DNA of 64,000 bases from positions 340,752,001 to 340,816,000 of the forward strand of contig OZ024740.1 of the NCBI GenBank assembly GCA_964016885.1, read 5' to 3'. Numbering within the stretch: the first letter of the stretch is position 1; the number at the start of each line of letters is the position of its first letter. The translations under genes and the position numbers were made by a program. Below the pieces are notes generated by a model that was not told where the DNA came from, searched no databases, and saw only the letters and a list, made by a program, of their open reading frames with translations. Positions 39,353-52,581 of the stretch are shown one piece after another. The stretch is from Eledone cirrhosa. Taxonomy: Eukaryota.

Positions 39353-42300
39353 AATACATAGGTAGTAATTAGATATAGATAGTAATCTATGTATAGTTAG
39401 TACTGTGATATAGACAATAAATTATGTATAGTTAGTATAATTAAACAGTAACCTATATATAGTTAGTAATTAGATATAAATTATATGCTATGTATAGATT
39501 ATACTTTGGTATAGAATGAAGACAAATGTCCTCTCCAACAAACATCCATTTGTTATCAATAGTTAGTACTGTGATGCAGACAACAATCATGTATAGTTAG
39601 TACTATGAAATTGAGTGTAACATCATCACCATAATTATTTTATGCCCGCCTTCCATGTTCATATGGCTTGTAATGGTGCAAGACTAGCCAGAGCATAGAT
39701 ACCTCATCTTGCTCATAAATTCCATATTTGGCCTGGATGACCTTTCTAACACTAACTAGCTGACAGGGTGTACTAGGTGTGTTTTATCATCGTACTGGGT
39801 GCTTTCTCTCATGAAACCAATGTTGTCTTGGTGTATTCCATTGTGGCAGAGGTCGTCTCGTTCACTGCAGTTAAAGGACATCTTCACTTTATGTAATCTC
39901 CTATGTCGTGCCATATTTGTTTTTAGATAACATTTACAATTATAATTGTGATACAAAGAAAAACCAATGTATAGTTAGTACTTAGATACAGATATTAACT
40001 TATCTATAGTTAGTACTGTGTTGACAATCTATCTGTAGTTTATACTGTGATATAGATAATCATCATCATCATCATCATCATTGTTTAACGTCTATCTTCC
40101 ACTCTGGCATGGGTCTATACTTAGTATTATGATAATGACAGTAAACAGTAACCTACCTGTAGTTTATGCTGTAACATAGACAACAACCTATCTACAGTTT
40201 GTACTGTAATATAGACAACAACCTATCTATAATTAGTACTACAATATAGATAACTTATCTATTTTTAGAACTGCAATATATACAACTTAACTATAGTTAG
40301 CACTGTAATATAGACAACTTATCTATAGTTAGTACTTATAATATAAGACAACTTATCTAGACAACAACCTATCTATAGTTAGTACTGTAATATAGACAAC
40401 TTATCTAGAGCTAGTACTGTAATATAGACAACAAATTATCTAGAGTTAATACTGTAATATAGACAACAAATTATCTGACAAACAGTCTAGTGATATGTAA
40501 CCTTTTTTCTGTCATGGCCTACAATATTACTTTATATCATCTATGGTTCACCCAATATGCTTACTAAATGAAACCAAAAATCAATGTTCTAACATTAATT
40601 GAATTCAAACTATAATAAAAACAAACAAAATAAAAAAGTAATACAGCAAAAAAATATACAGGTTCAATGGCTTTCTTGTTTATGGTGTCTTGCACTGAAA
40701 GTATCATAATTGATTTTCCTAAATATACAAATGTCACCATGGCCTACTAAAAATGTTGTGTGACTCATTTCTGGGCCATAAACGCCCCACCTGCAACTCC
40801 TTGTGAATCAATGATATAGACAACAATCTATCTATAGGTAATACTGTAATATAGATAATTATTTCTACTTTTGGCACAAGGCCAGCAATTACCCCAGTGC
40901 ATTACTGGTGCTTTATTTTATCGACCCCATGCTGCAAAGCATGGCGTCTGACTCTCTACCGATACTGCCAATCCTATGGTATAGACAACAACCTTTTTAT
41001 TGTAGGTTTTATTAGTCAATGTTTTTGGCAGCAGTTTTCTTGTAAATTATGTATAGTTAGTGTTATGATATACGAATAGTTAGTAGTGTGATATAGATTG
41101 TAACCTATGTATAGTTGTTAGGACTGTGATATAGATAGTAACCTATGTGTAGATAGCATCAAGAATAAAGTGAAATAAATATTGTTGTTCCAGAACAGAG
41201 CTTTCTAAACTTTTCACATTGGCAACACATAAAAAATATATAATGTTTACATGACACTAATTAAGTTTTGTTAATAAAATCAATTATACAATGTATATAA
41301 ATATACATTACATTTAAAGTTAGTACATATATATGTATATAAAAAATAATTCAATGGGATTACATGGTATTGTACACAGAGTTGTCAGATCTCACAGTCA
41401 AATACTCTCAAAGTTAAATATTCATGAAAATTGATCAGATTTGACTTAATTTTGTGAGACACTATAGTGTTACAACAAACAACTTGGAAAGATCAGTTCC
41501 AGAGATTAGAAATAGCATTATTTTGCATAAATAATTATTGATATAATTTAATAGTGTCACAATAAATCTCTCTAAGACTTGCATTAAGAGTACATGTGTT
41601 TGTGGAATGCTCAACCATTTGCATATTAATTTCATGAACTGGCTGATCTGTTGATCAAACTACTAGAACACATGTCGTTGGAACTGATGGAGGTCCATCA
41701 TAATTATTGATAAATGAGAAACTCTAATCTGTCACAACATGTGTCATGAAGAAAACTATTAGTTGCCAAACATTGCTCCTTCATTTGACTCAAGTCAAAC
41801 TAATACGCAGCATGCAGTATATTGAAATAGTTCATGTCTATATAATGTCAATAGAATATGTTGATATGTTAATAGCTTGGGTCACTTTATATCTGCCACG
41901 GTGTAGTTTGGGTAGCAGCAGGCTAAAACTAACATTTTGATGGCTGACAGCATTGAAATGCTATTCAGTTTTGTTAGTTCTTATATAGTCACAGGAAAGA
42001 AAGGAAGACATAAACATATGTATGAAAAAAACCCAAAACAATACTAAGATATTTGAATTGCAAGTCAACTATATAGTTACAAAAGAAATGAAAATTATAT
42101 CCATAATATGATGAAGTAAAAGGTCAGTAAACTCTCTATTTAATGGTCTAATAGATATATCCATTAATGCTGAAAGTTTGTTAAAATGAAGGTAACCTAA
42201 AATTAATTTCTATTGTTTTTAACATAAAACAAAAAGGTTTAATGCAATATATATACACTGCTGCACAATATAAAATTATTCAATTATATCAAAGAATAAG

Positions 42301-42544
42301 TAATTTTGATTTCACTTTTGACAGTGTAGTTGAAAAGTATTTTGCTGTGACCATAGGGTTATTGTATTATTATTTGATCTGTTATGCACTGGGGTCAATT
42401 TAATCGACTTTCCCCTCTCCCCAAATTGCTGGCCTTGTGCCTATAGTAGAAATCATTATCATTTGATTTGTTAAACAGAAGGTTTACTATATTATAATAA
42501 TTTATTAGTGGACACTAGAGAGATTTAATTTGTTAAAAACTTAC

Positions 42545-42705
42545 TATTTAGCAGAATCATTTAACTGATATTCATTTGATCTTCCAAAACATTCTTGAAC
42601 TCCCGTGTCTGCCCACAGTCGTTTCATAGCTTGTAATAGTTCATCTGAAAATGGTTCAGTATCTTCCATTCTACCTATGACATCTAAAACCATTTTGGCA
42701 TCACA
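42545..42705 (-). CDS. GNAO1: G protein alpha-o subunit, internal coding exon (equivalent to exon 4; 161 nt)
   Basis: Minus-strand translation [53 protein letters not shown](Y), the helical domain of G-alpha-o. Flanked by a ttttag acceptor and a gtaagt donor. Confidence 0.96.
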
Positions 42706-42772
42706 CTAAAATAGAAAGAAAATATAACTTTAGACAAAACTCAAGATTAAAAAATAAATAAAATTTAGATTT

Positions 42773-42998
42773 TTAACCCTTTTGTTACCATATTTTTAAT
42801 GAAAGACACTGCTTATGATTTTCAAATAATTTTGAAAATAATAAAGAATTTGAAATGGCACTTGAAACATAACTTAACAAAAGTTCTTACATTGCATCAT
42901 GATGACAGGATTTTAGATAAATATGAACACTTAAAACAAGCAGTTTTATATCATAGAAACAGGGCTTGTTTCAAGTGGCTTGATATGAAAAAGGTTAA
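42773..42998 (+). mobile_element. piggyBac-type MITE (family 2)
   Basis: TTAA-CCCTTTT ... AAAAAGG-TTAA. Related decayed copies occur at about 4740-4884, 9260-9515, 56646-56740 and 62960-63192. Confidence 0.7.
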
Positions 42999-44485
42999 TA
43001 AAAGTCGTTGAAGTAAAACAATGAGAATTGATAAGATTTATTTTCAAATATGAAGAGTGTTTCTATTTCAAACATCTCTTATTTTGGCTAAAGTCAAAAT
43101 ATATTTTAATACCAGCTTAAACAACTTTTAACTCTCGTTTGAGAAAAGGAGTAAAAAATATTTCCATGAGCTTAATAATTTCAACTGTGAAGGAAATCTT
43201 ATGTGAAATATGACAACTTGTAATGTGGGCAAAAGTTGTTTAATAAACTGTATATTTAGAATTATATGTTTAAATTGATGAAACAAAAGCAAGACATCTG
43301 ATTTATGCTCACTCAACAAAAAATGCTGATAAATACTAGAATATTTATAAATGAGAAAGAAAAGCAGGGAAGGGGAGAGATTTTGAAATATTACTGTAAT
43401 GATAGTTTCACCATCATCACCGTTTTACGTCCGTTCTTCCACGCTAGCATGGGTTAGTAAAACAAATTGATATATTTATCAATTCAACTAATTAGGTGAC
43501 ATTTTCAGCCATATTTACTCATGGTTGTTTGGTGCTTTAGAAATAAAACTAAATATGAACAGATGCATATACTTTTTATTTATTTAAAAGAATTCAGTAA
43601 AGAATTCATTAAGAGAAGGAAAGCAAAACAAGGAAGGGTCAATATTTTACAGAATTCTAGAAGTGACATAACAACACTGCAACTACATAATTGTTTTCTG
43701 TAAAAGAACTTTGGACAATTTACTATGCATAAAAAGAAAAGAAATCACACACATATATATCATTTAATGTTTGTTTTCCTGCAAACAAGGGTTAGACAAG
43801 TTTTCATAGACTGAGTCAGTATAAAAGTGGGGCTACTGACCTCTCAGATGGGTTGGGGGTCTGCATCTTGCTTGCATGTGGTACTATGTTCTACCAAGTA
43901 ATTTTTATTGTGACAATAGATCAAATAAAATTGTTACGTCTTTGACACAGCTGAAGAATCCTCTCAACTTTCTATTTGGCAGGTTTTCATATCACCAATC
44001 ACTTTACAAGGTGTACCAGGTGCATTTATTGTGTAGATCATCAACACTAGGGAAGATGTCATGTCTTTGATTCAACTGAAGAGTCCTTCCAACCATGTAT
44101 ACACATACCCACATATATATATACACACACACACACACATTCTCTAAGACATGAACTATTTAATATGCTGCATACTAGTTTAACTTGTCTTATGACTCTC
44201 CGAATACACAGATGAAACTCTGGAATAATAGGAATCTGTCTTGGTCTTAATAAAGAAAATATCAATCTCTACTATAGTATAATGGAGTACTCGTTCTCAC
44301 GACTGTGTAGCTTGGTTTTTAGAATAGGCACACAGTATACCAGATAAATATAAAAGGTGACTAAAAGAGTTGACACCAGGAAGGGTATCCGACTATAAAA
44401 TAGTGCCTCAAAAAGTTGTGACCAACCCATACCAGCATGGAAAAATAGATGTACAAATGATGATAATATATATTTATATATATTA

Positions 44486-45218
44486 TTAGGTTGTTCCGAA
44501 AATAATGGCCACTCTAAGTGTTTTGCTTTGAAATGCAATTTTATCATAGTATTTTAATTATATTTTAGGTGAATTTCAACATACTTAATAATTGATGTAT
44601 GCTCTTTAATAATTTTCTACCTATTTCAGACAGAAAACATTCTTGAAGCATAGGGGCCCTTAATTATGAACATGACAAAAAAGGACCTTCGCTTACTTTT
44701 CTTGCATGAGTTAAAGCTTGGGCCCAATGCCTCTCAAACAGCTGCCAATATCAACAGAGCATGGGGAGAGGGGTCCACAAGTGATTGCACAGTATGAAGG
44801 TGGTTTCAGAAATTCTGTAGTGGTGATGAGAGCCTTGAAGATGAAGAAGGTATAGGACGGTCATGCAGTCTTGACAATGAACAATTGAAAGCAATTGTTG
44901 AACAAAACCCACGTCAAAGTGTCAGAGAAATGTCTCAGGCACTTGGTGTCGGTATTGCAACGGTCTCATGTCATCTGCAGAAGATTGGTAAGGTGAAAAA
45001 ACTCGAGCTCAATGAAAATCAAAAAGTTTGGCGTTTTGAAGTGTGCTCAATGCTCTTTCTGCGAAACACCAATGATCCTTTTCTTGACCGAATAGTCAAT
45101 AGGCAAAGATGCATAGATGTTCACGGCTCATACTTTGACTAATCAAAACATTTCTGTTGTTTATTTTTCAAGAATAAAATTGTTTCTGAAATCGGCGATT
45201 ATTTTTGGAACAACCTAA
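44486..45218 (+). mobile_element. Internally deleted mariner transposon (cecropia/Hsmar1-like TIRs)
   Basis: TA-flanked TIRs ttaggttgttccgaaaataat and attatttttggaacaacctaa. The transposase N-terminus starts at ATG 44666 and covers the HTH region with one stop. WVPH and the DD34D domain are deleted, and the C-terminal RCIDVHGSYFD* is retained. Confidence 0.93.
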
Positions 45219-46299
45219 TATATATTTACTAAATATAAATAATTTCTATATTTAGAATATGAAACCACTGATGAGTTTTTTAGCTCAAGAAAGATTTTGA
45301 CTTCTTTTTAAAACCTGTTAATATGTTTGTGCAAATGATGAACAACAAATTGATAGCAGCTGAAGACAAAATACTTAATACTAGTGAACTGAATAATAAT
45401 TGTTTCTACTTTTTGGCACAAGGCCAGCAATTACCCAGTAATAATGATAATAAAATGGACATAGGCAAAGATTGAAGACATTTCTAAAGCTTGAATTCTT
45501 ATCTAAAAAAAATAAAGATACCAAGTGTATTTTAAAATAAATTTAAGAAAATAATTACATTGTGATAGGTTCTAAGAAAATAAATATTTGATTATACAGA
45601 ATATTATATTTCAAGTTCAAAGACTATAGAACAATTTGTAAACCTGTTAGGGCCAAGTTGTGCTATTACATTCAAGTTCCACAACTTGGTATTCTAGTAC
45701 TTGTGTTGGTGTTCACTGGTATGGATTGAGTTGGCTCCAACCAGTGAATCATCAGCATTGCAAACAGAAGCTACTCATGCATGGTGATTACAGACGTCTG
45801 ATGAACAGATTGTCAACCAGTTATGATTCTCATATATTAATTCAAGATCTGACGTGATAGTATTAATCCATGTTTTCAGTTGTGCAATTTACTGGGGACT
45901 GTTGTGACTGCATAGAAGTTCACTTCATAGGCAGTGGAATGTGTGACCAAACCAACAGAGACACATTTTGAGTAAGACTTATTGAAAGGAATTAATCTTG
46001 CAGCAATGATGAATTTCAGAGTTTGACACAGAATTCAATGCATTAATACAAAGGATTCGGTAAAGGCAAAACTTGACCTTACTGACTTGATGTAATGTTA
46101 TTTGAAAATAAAGTAAGACAGGTGGATTGAAGCAGATGTGTTCATAAATTACCAAGTTTGGAATTTATTTAAATGAAGCAAACTAAGAAAATCAGAATTA
46201 CCATATTTGACAGTTTATAAGACATTTGTCTCTAAAGAGGAAGCTTAGCTTTTGGGATTCAATTTTTACAATATTATGACTTCTGACGCATGAGAAAAG

Positions 46300-46620
46300 A
46301 AATCAGATCCCAAATAGATCAGGACTTACAGAAACTGTACTGGTGGTCACTGAAGAAGGAAACAGACCAAATGTAATAATGAAGGTGGTTGAAAAAGTGG
46401 TTGCAATAGATCATTTGTTGGCAAGATCAGATAAGTTGCCTTTTGGGGGACTAGGACACATTGTTATGCATTTTGATAAATTTGCATAGAACCATGTAGA
46501 AAAGGAAAAATTGATGAGATTAGTAAGGCTAGGGCCAAGTTGTGCTACTACATTCATGTAAAGCTTGGGAGAAAACTGTTTGTTTGAGAGAAATTGAAGG
46601 GACACTGACAGGACCTGTCA
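46300..46620 (-). mobile_element. Decayed CR1/L2-type LINE RT remnant
   Basis: ORF 46411-46605 reads LGPSLTNLINFSFST and PSPPKGNLSDLAN, resembling L...L..L.N.SL..G...P.PKKG..SD..NYRPI. Confidence 0.5.
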
Positions 46621-48587
46621 TATTGTTGGGTTGGAAAGGTTGGACAAGTTTGGTGGTCAGTAAAGAATTGATGAAGATTTGTATTAACTTGAAAACATTG
46701 CAAGTGTGAGCAAGTAAACAATTTGCTTTTTACAGCTATTACCTACATGGAAAGATGGAAGATCCTGACCTCCACCCACAAACAATATGTAGCCCCCACT
46801 CTTCAGTGCACTTTACCTATGGGCCTAGAATATAATGAGCACCCAAATGGCATAATGCAGTTGTGCTGGTGTCACGGGAGAATACACTGCAGCCCACTCT
46901 GTGGTGTGGTAGTGCTGGTATTCACCAGAAAAGCATTCAGCCCAACTTGTAAGGTGGTAGAAACAAAAGAAACCTAGCACCAAATCCACTATGTAAGGTG
47001 ATAGTGCTGGTGACACAAAAAAATGCTCCCAGTCCAGGCTGCAAAGTGATTAGCATTAGGAAGGGTATCCCGCCATCAAAACCAAGTCAAAAACAAAAGT
47101 ATGAGCAGGACAAGTCTGGCCACAGAACATGATTACTCATCTGGCCCATGCAAGCATGAAATTAGACAGTAAACACTGATAATGATGATGATGTCCCAAA
47201 CTATCCTTATATTTCTTAACCATTAACATTCTTACATATACTTCTTCCTATTGTTATTACTGCTGCTGGGATAATGGTCTGAAATACACCTGTTCAAATA
47301 TTTTTTATTGACAATGATTGTGATGATAAGGAAGATGCATTATTGAACATGTTCCCTTCACTAGGAATGGTTAAATTGTTGTCACTGAAACACGTTAGAC
47401 AATAGATACAAGAAAAAATATCAAATGTACTAGCAACTTTCTCCACCCAAGATATGACCATAGTTCAATTAATTTAATGGTCATAACAAACAGGAATAAT
47501 AAATGCTAACAAGGGTGCATGAAGATAAATGAAGATATTGAGAGTTATTATTTTGATTGAGATTGTCAGTAACAGTGTCTATGAGTTATTTTGCACAGAA
47601 GTAAACATGTTAATGAAACGGTTTTTTCTAAGACAATATTTTTGTTTTATTGTGAAACCTCTTTAATTATGAAATGTTTAGTGGGGGTATTCACATTATC
47701 AGTTATTTAGCAGGATTCCTGCAAAAAGTGAAATTAACTAGCTGCAGAAGATTAGTTATATCTTTGGTTAATGTCAATTCTTTATCTCCATGTTTCTATA
47801 GGTAGAGGAATCTACATAGTCATATGGTTGCAATGTTAACATATTAACCAACATAGTAACAAAGCCTGTATTGCTGTTAAGATGATTTCCTTGTTAATAA
47901 TTTGATTTCTTTGCAGAATAATAGTTAACTGGAAGTTTTCACAAACTGATTAAAAAACAAATGAAACATAAAATAAAATAAAATTTCATTTAAAATCTGA
48001 GATAGGTATAAAAAAACAAAGTTAAAACAGTTGAATTCTAGTGACAGATCATGTCTGAAATGTTAGAATCTTTTAAATAGTAAAGCGATGTAAACATGTA
48101 TTTTATAGAAAAACACTTTAAAATATTTTTATTTTCAATTAGTTTATTCATTATGACAACAATAAATAAAATAAAAGATAAATTAGGCAAAGTGGGGGTA
48201 GTTGAATGATATAATCAAAGAAAACTGAAAATGCATCATTTCAAATGATAAATGTTTAAGGGAATTTAGAAAATTTGTTTGTGCAGTGAAATTTGGAGAA
48301 TATAAAAGGATCAATAAGTGAATACACTGCAGGTTTCAGCAGTTACATATATGGTATGGTCAAGAAATAAAGAAGTGCATCTAGAAAACAAAATAATCCT
48401 TTGCAATAAATTGAAAGATGCATATGTAAAGTAAAATATAAGCTGGTTGACCAAATAAAGTTGATAGTTTTAGTATATAACCTCTGAAATAGAACTTACA
48501 AATGAATGACCCTGATTTAAATGAGTTCAAAAATAGTAATACAACCATTTGGTTTCAAGTGCTTCTGGCAATTTATAACTGTAAACA

Positions 48588-49092
48588 TGGTGTAGTGACA
48601 TCAAGTTATTGAATATAGCTATGTAAAGTTATTGATATAGCTATGTCAAATTATTGATGTGCTATGTCATGTTATTGGTGTGGTTATGTCAAATTATTAA
48701 ATGTAGCTACATCAAGTTATTGAATGTAGCCATATCATGTTATTAATGTGGCCATGTCAAGTTATTGATGTATCCATGTCAAGTTATTGATGTAGCTATG
48801 TCATTATTTAATGTAGCTATGCCAAGTTATTTAATATAGTCATGTCAAGATATTGATGTGGCCATGTCAAGTTATTAATGTAGCTATGTCAATTTATTGA
48901 TGTGACTATGTCAAGTTATTGAATGTAGCTATGTCAAATTAATTAATGTAGCCATGTCATGGTATTGAAGTGGCCATGTCATGTTATTGACGTGGCTATG
49001 TCATGTTATTGATGTGGCCATGACAAATTACTGAATGCAGCTATGTCAAGTTATTCGTATAACTATGTCGCATTATTGATCTAGCTATGACT
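48588..49092. repeat. 22-23-bp minisatellite, roughly 22 units
   Basis: Unit tagctatgtcaagttattga(a)tg is tandemly repeated, with variants. Confidence 0.93.
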
Positions 49093-50739
49093 TACAGAAG
49101 TAAAATAAGTGTTATATGAAAAAAAATAATAAAAAGAAAAATTGGAATATTTTTCTATTGTACCAGCCCCCCTCCTCCCCCAATCCCCCAAAATTATTTA
49201 ATAAATTCCTTTATCAAATACTTAAAAAAATATTGATAACCCGAAATAAAATAAATGCAGTTCACTGGGTACTTTTTCATTGTGACCATTGACAAGTTCT
49301 GTGCAGTTACATAACCACCTATTGCAGTTGATGAGTTCATGTTGTAACAGATGCAATATAACATTTCCATAAATATTCTTCTTGTCATTATTATAAGACA
49401 TTAACAAAAGAACCCACATTTTTTTCAGCTAATGTCATGATATTAAATTAGATTTATATTAAAATACTAACAGATATTAGCTCGATATGCTTGGTTTATG
49501 TTTACTTTTAAGACATTAAATAGTTTTTCAGATAATAGAGGCATACATTGCCCCTTTGTTATCAATATGAGTAGAAACTCTATAATAAATAGAAGTAAAG
49601 TGCGTATATGTAAAACATGCATATTTAGATATGTTTTAGTGTTGTACTTATTTGGCAAATTACTTGATCTAAGACAGAAGCTTTTAGAGTTCAAATACTC
49701 ACTTACTTATCTAAGTTTTATGGAGATTATCAGCACAGGGCACTGAGTTATGAATAGAGATCATGACCATTACAGAACATCAAAACCATGCACACCCCAC
49801 TCACAGAAAACATTTGGCAAACCCACTAATAATCAGATTTGGCTGTGCTATGTTGGAAAACTGCTAAAGTGAACATTTTAATATAAGACCTTGTAAGAGT
49901 AATGAAGAATAAATCAGAAATGTTCAAACCTTAAAAACTGCAAAAGCACATTCAATACAACAGATAACTACAAAAAGATAGGCTCTGAGAATATAAAGAA
50001 GCATAGAAAAAGTCTGAAAATATTCTTTAACAAGTTTTGGAAGAGAGTAGAAATAGTATAATAACTGTCTCTACTTTAGGCACAAGGCCAGCAATTACCC
50101 AGTGCATTACTGAACCAAAGCCAATACACCAGATAAAAGAAAAAAGTTTGATAGTGTAATGTTTGTAGACGCTACATCTAATAAATTTAAGAAAGACCAT
50201 TCAGAAGCTAATAATATTAGTTATATACATATATTATATATAAAACAAAAAAACAAAAAACAGGCAGATTAGCAGTATATCCTACTCTTTTGACAGATAC
50301 ACCAGTAAAAAAGATTATATGCACCATTGCAAAGTAGAAACTACAGTAGGCAGTATAAGGTTCCAAGAAGGTTCATGAGCAAATCTCTCTGAAACACATA
50401 GGAGCGACAGGTCAGAGTACAAGTGATCATTGAAAGAGTTATACTGAAAAAAAATAAAACAAAAAAACTCTACATCAACACTTTACAATCAGGCTCGAGG
50501 TAAACATGATGATTCAATCTATTGACAAAGTGAGGATATCATATCTACACATCCATATGATACAATGCTAAGACAAGTAACTGAATCAGTCTGCATGCAA
50601 GAGTATGAACCCAGTCTTAACCATAAGTTTGAATGGGATAACACCATTACACCATACTCAGGAAATGCATATATTCCTTCCTCACACTTTGATTAGTTTT
50701 ATTCACATATACATTCATGTGTATGTATGTATGTGTGTG

Positions 50740-50770
<31 letters not shown>

Positions 50771-52241
50771 AGGTATGCAAAAAGTAAACAGAAACAACAC
50801 AGTACAATGAAGATGCTTTATATAGTAGGAAAAGAGTCTTTAGGTTTCAAACACTACTTATTCACCAATAAATATATTTATACATACATATACACAACCT
50901 TATGATTTACAGAGAACTAGGAGAATTTGAAATTTGAAAATTTGAGCTGCCCAAATGCAGAAAATAATTGTAATGACTTGATTACTACAAATAATAGTTG
51001 TGAAAATTGAGTAAAATACTCTTGGAGACAAAAAATGATATCAGAAGCATCGATGAGGAAACAATTTACATATTTCTTATATACTATGTATGTATATATA
51101 TATATATATATATATGGTGGCTGCCAACTCGTTTTCGAGTACGGCCACTACTTTATATCCATGTAGGAGAACACCTACCGATGCGCTGAATGAGTGTGAC
51201 TTTTGAGTCCAGCCAGCGACTTGAAAACTCTGGTACAAACACTACACTTGTGACAATTATTGACACATAGTGCTGGGCCCATGGTATCATGTGACGACAA
51301 GTGCAGAGAGATCTCCAGATATAAAGCAATGCCTGTGCCGTGAAGCTTTTATAGTGAGCAAAGGCACTGCACAAAGCCAGTCCCACTCTCTTAACCAAGA
51401 TGATATTTACCAAAAAGAAGAACAAGTCAACATCATTGGATACCATCAGGGTTGCAGGTGTTATATCAGAGTTTTCCTGTGTATATATGTGTATATGTAT
51501 ATACACACACACACACGCACGCGCGTTTGTGTGCATGCTCATATTTAAAATCAAGACCCTCTACAATCAACCACCAGTCTCTCTCTTCCATAACACTCTT
51601 AGCTGACATCTATCACTTACAATATCACGATTGTAGTGCACCTGAGCACTGTACTCAATAATTACATTATTATATTTTGATGCTTTGTTGCTATCACTTG
51701 CTTTCACTCTCTCCCACCATGATAAATCCCCATTGCTATCACATCATACTCAACATTTTATACACTATCAACGACTAGTCTGCAGCTAGTTACTGTTGTC
51801 CCTTTGCATTCTCTACCATCATATCCCCCTGTTTTGGCTGGCTAGTATTCTCTTTTTATTTTAATCAGATTTTCAGTCACACTTACCTTCAAAGAACAGA
51901 GAGTATATACAGAGAAGAGGACAAGGCAACCTCTCTAGTATTACTACTATAAATGCAGCCAGAATGCTCTGTAAAGCGGTTAACAATTGAGCAGAGAATA
52001 TAAAAGAAAGAGGACATAGCAAACTCTCTCTCTCTGGTGTTCTGGTCACAATAAAACACACCCAGTAGTGTTTGGCATTAGGATGGGCATCCAACCATAG
52101 AAACCATGCCAAATATGGAATATATGAGCAAGATGGGTTGCACCAACCCGTCTGATCTCAAACTGTGACAACCTGTTCAAACCATACCAATGTAAAATGA
52201 TGATGATGAATATGTTGGAGAACATACACATAAAGATACAT

Positions 52242-52499
52242 GCAGCTGTAGAAATGAGATGATAGGGACTGGAGTCCCTATCATTCCACCGCAAACTGGT
52301 CGTGGAGGTGCCACGGCAAAAAAGCACCCAGTCCACACTGTAAAGTGGACGTGTAGGCGCCACAGAAAAAAAAGTACCCAGCACTCACTGTAAATGAGGT
52401 TGGTGTTAGGAAGGGCATCCAGCTGTAGAAATCAAGCCAGAATCAGTTCCCGTCCCACCCTTGCAAGCAGGGAAAAGCGGACGTAAAAGGATGATGATC
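52242..52499 (+). mobile_element. SINE family 1 variant, 5'-truncated, with a longer RTE-derived tail
   Basis: Begins at cagctgtagaaatgag and contains the hairpin. It keeps both 3' UTR repeat units seen in RTE lineage A. Confidence 0.85.
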
Positions 52500-52581
52500 A
52501 GGAAGGGCACCCAGCCATATAAAGGTCCTCATTAAAACCATGCACATGGGAAAATGGATTATATACATATATATATATATA

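Larger units (their letters stand above)
36815..41160. repeat. About 35-bp minisatellite in several blocks (36815-37706, 39360-40480, 40810-41160), interrupted by TEs
   Basis: Unit agttagtactgt(g/a)atatagacagtaacc(a/t)atgtag. The period is 35 at 37221/37256 and 31-35 near 40.2-40.5 kb. Confidence 0.9.
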
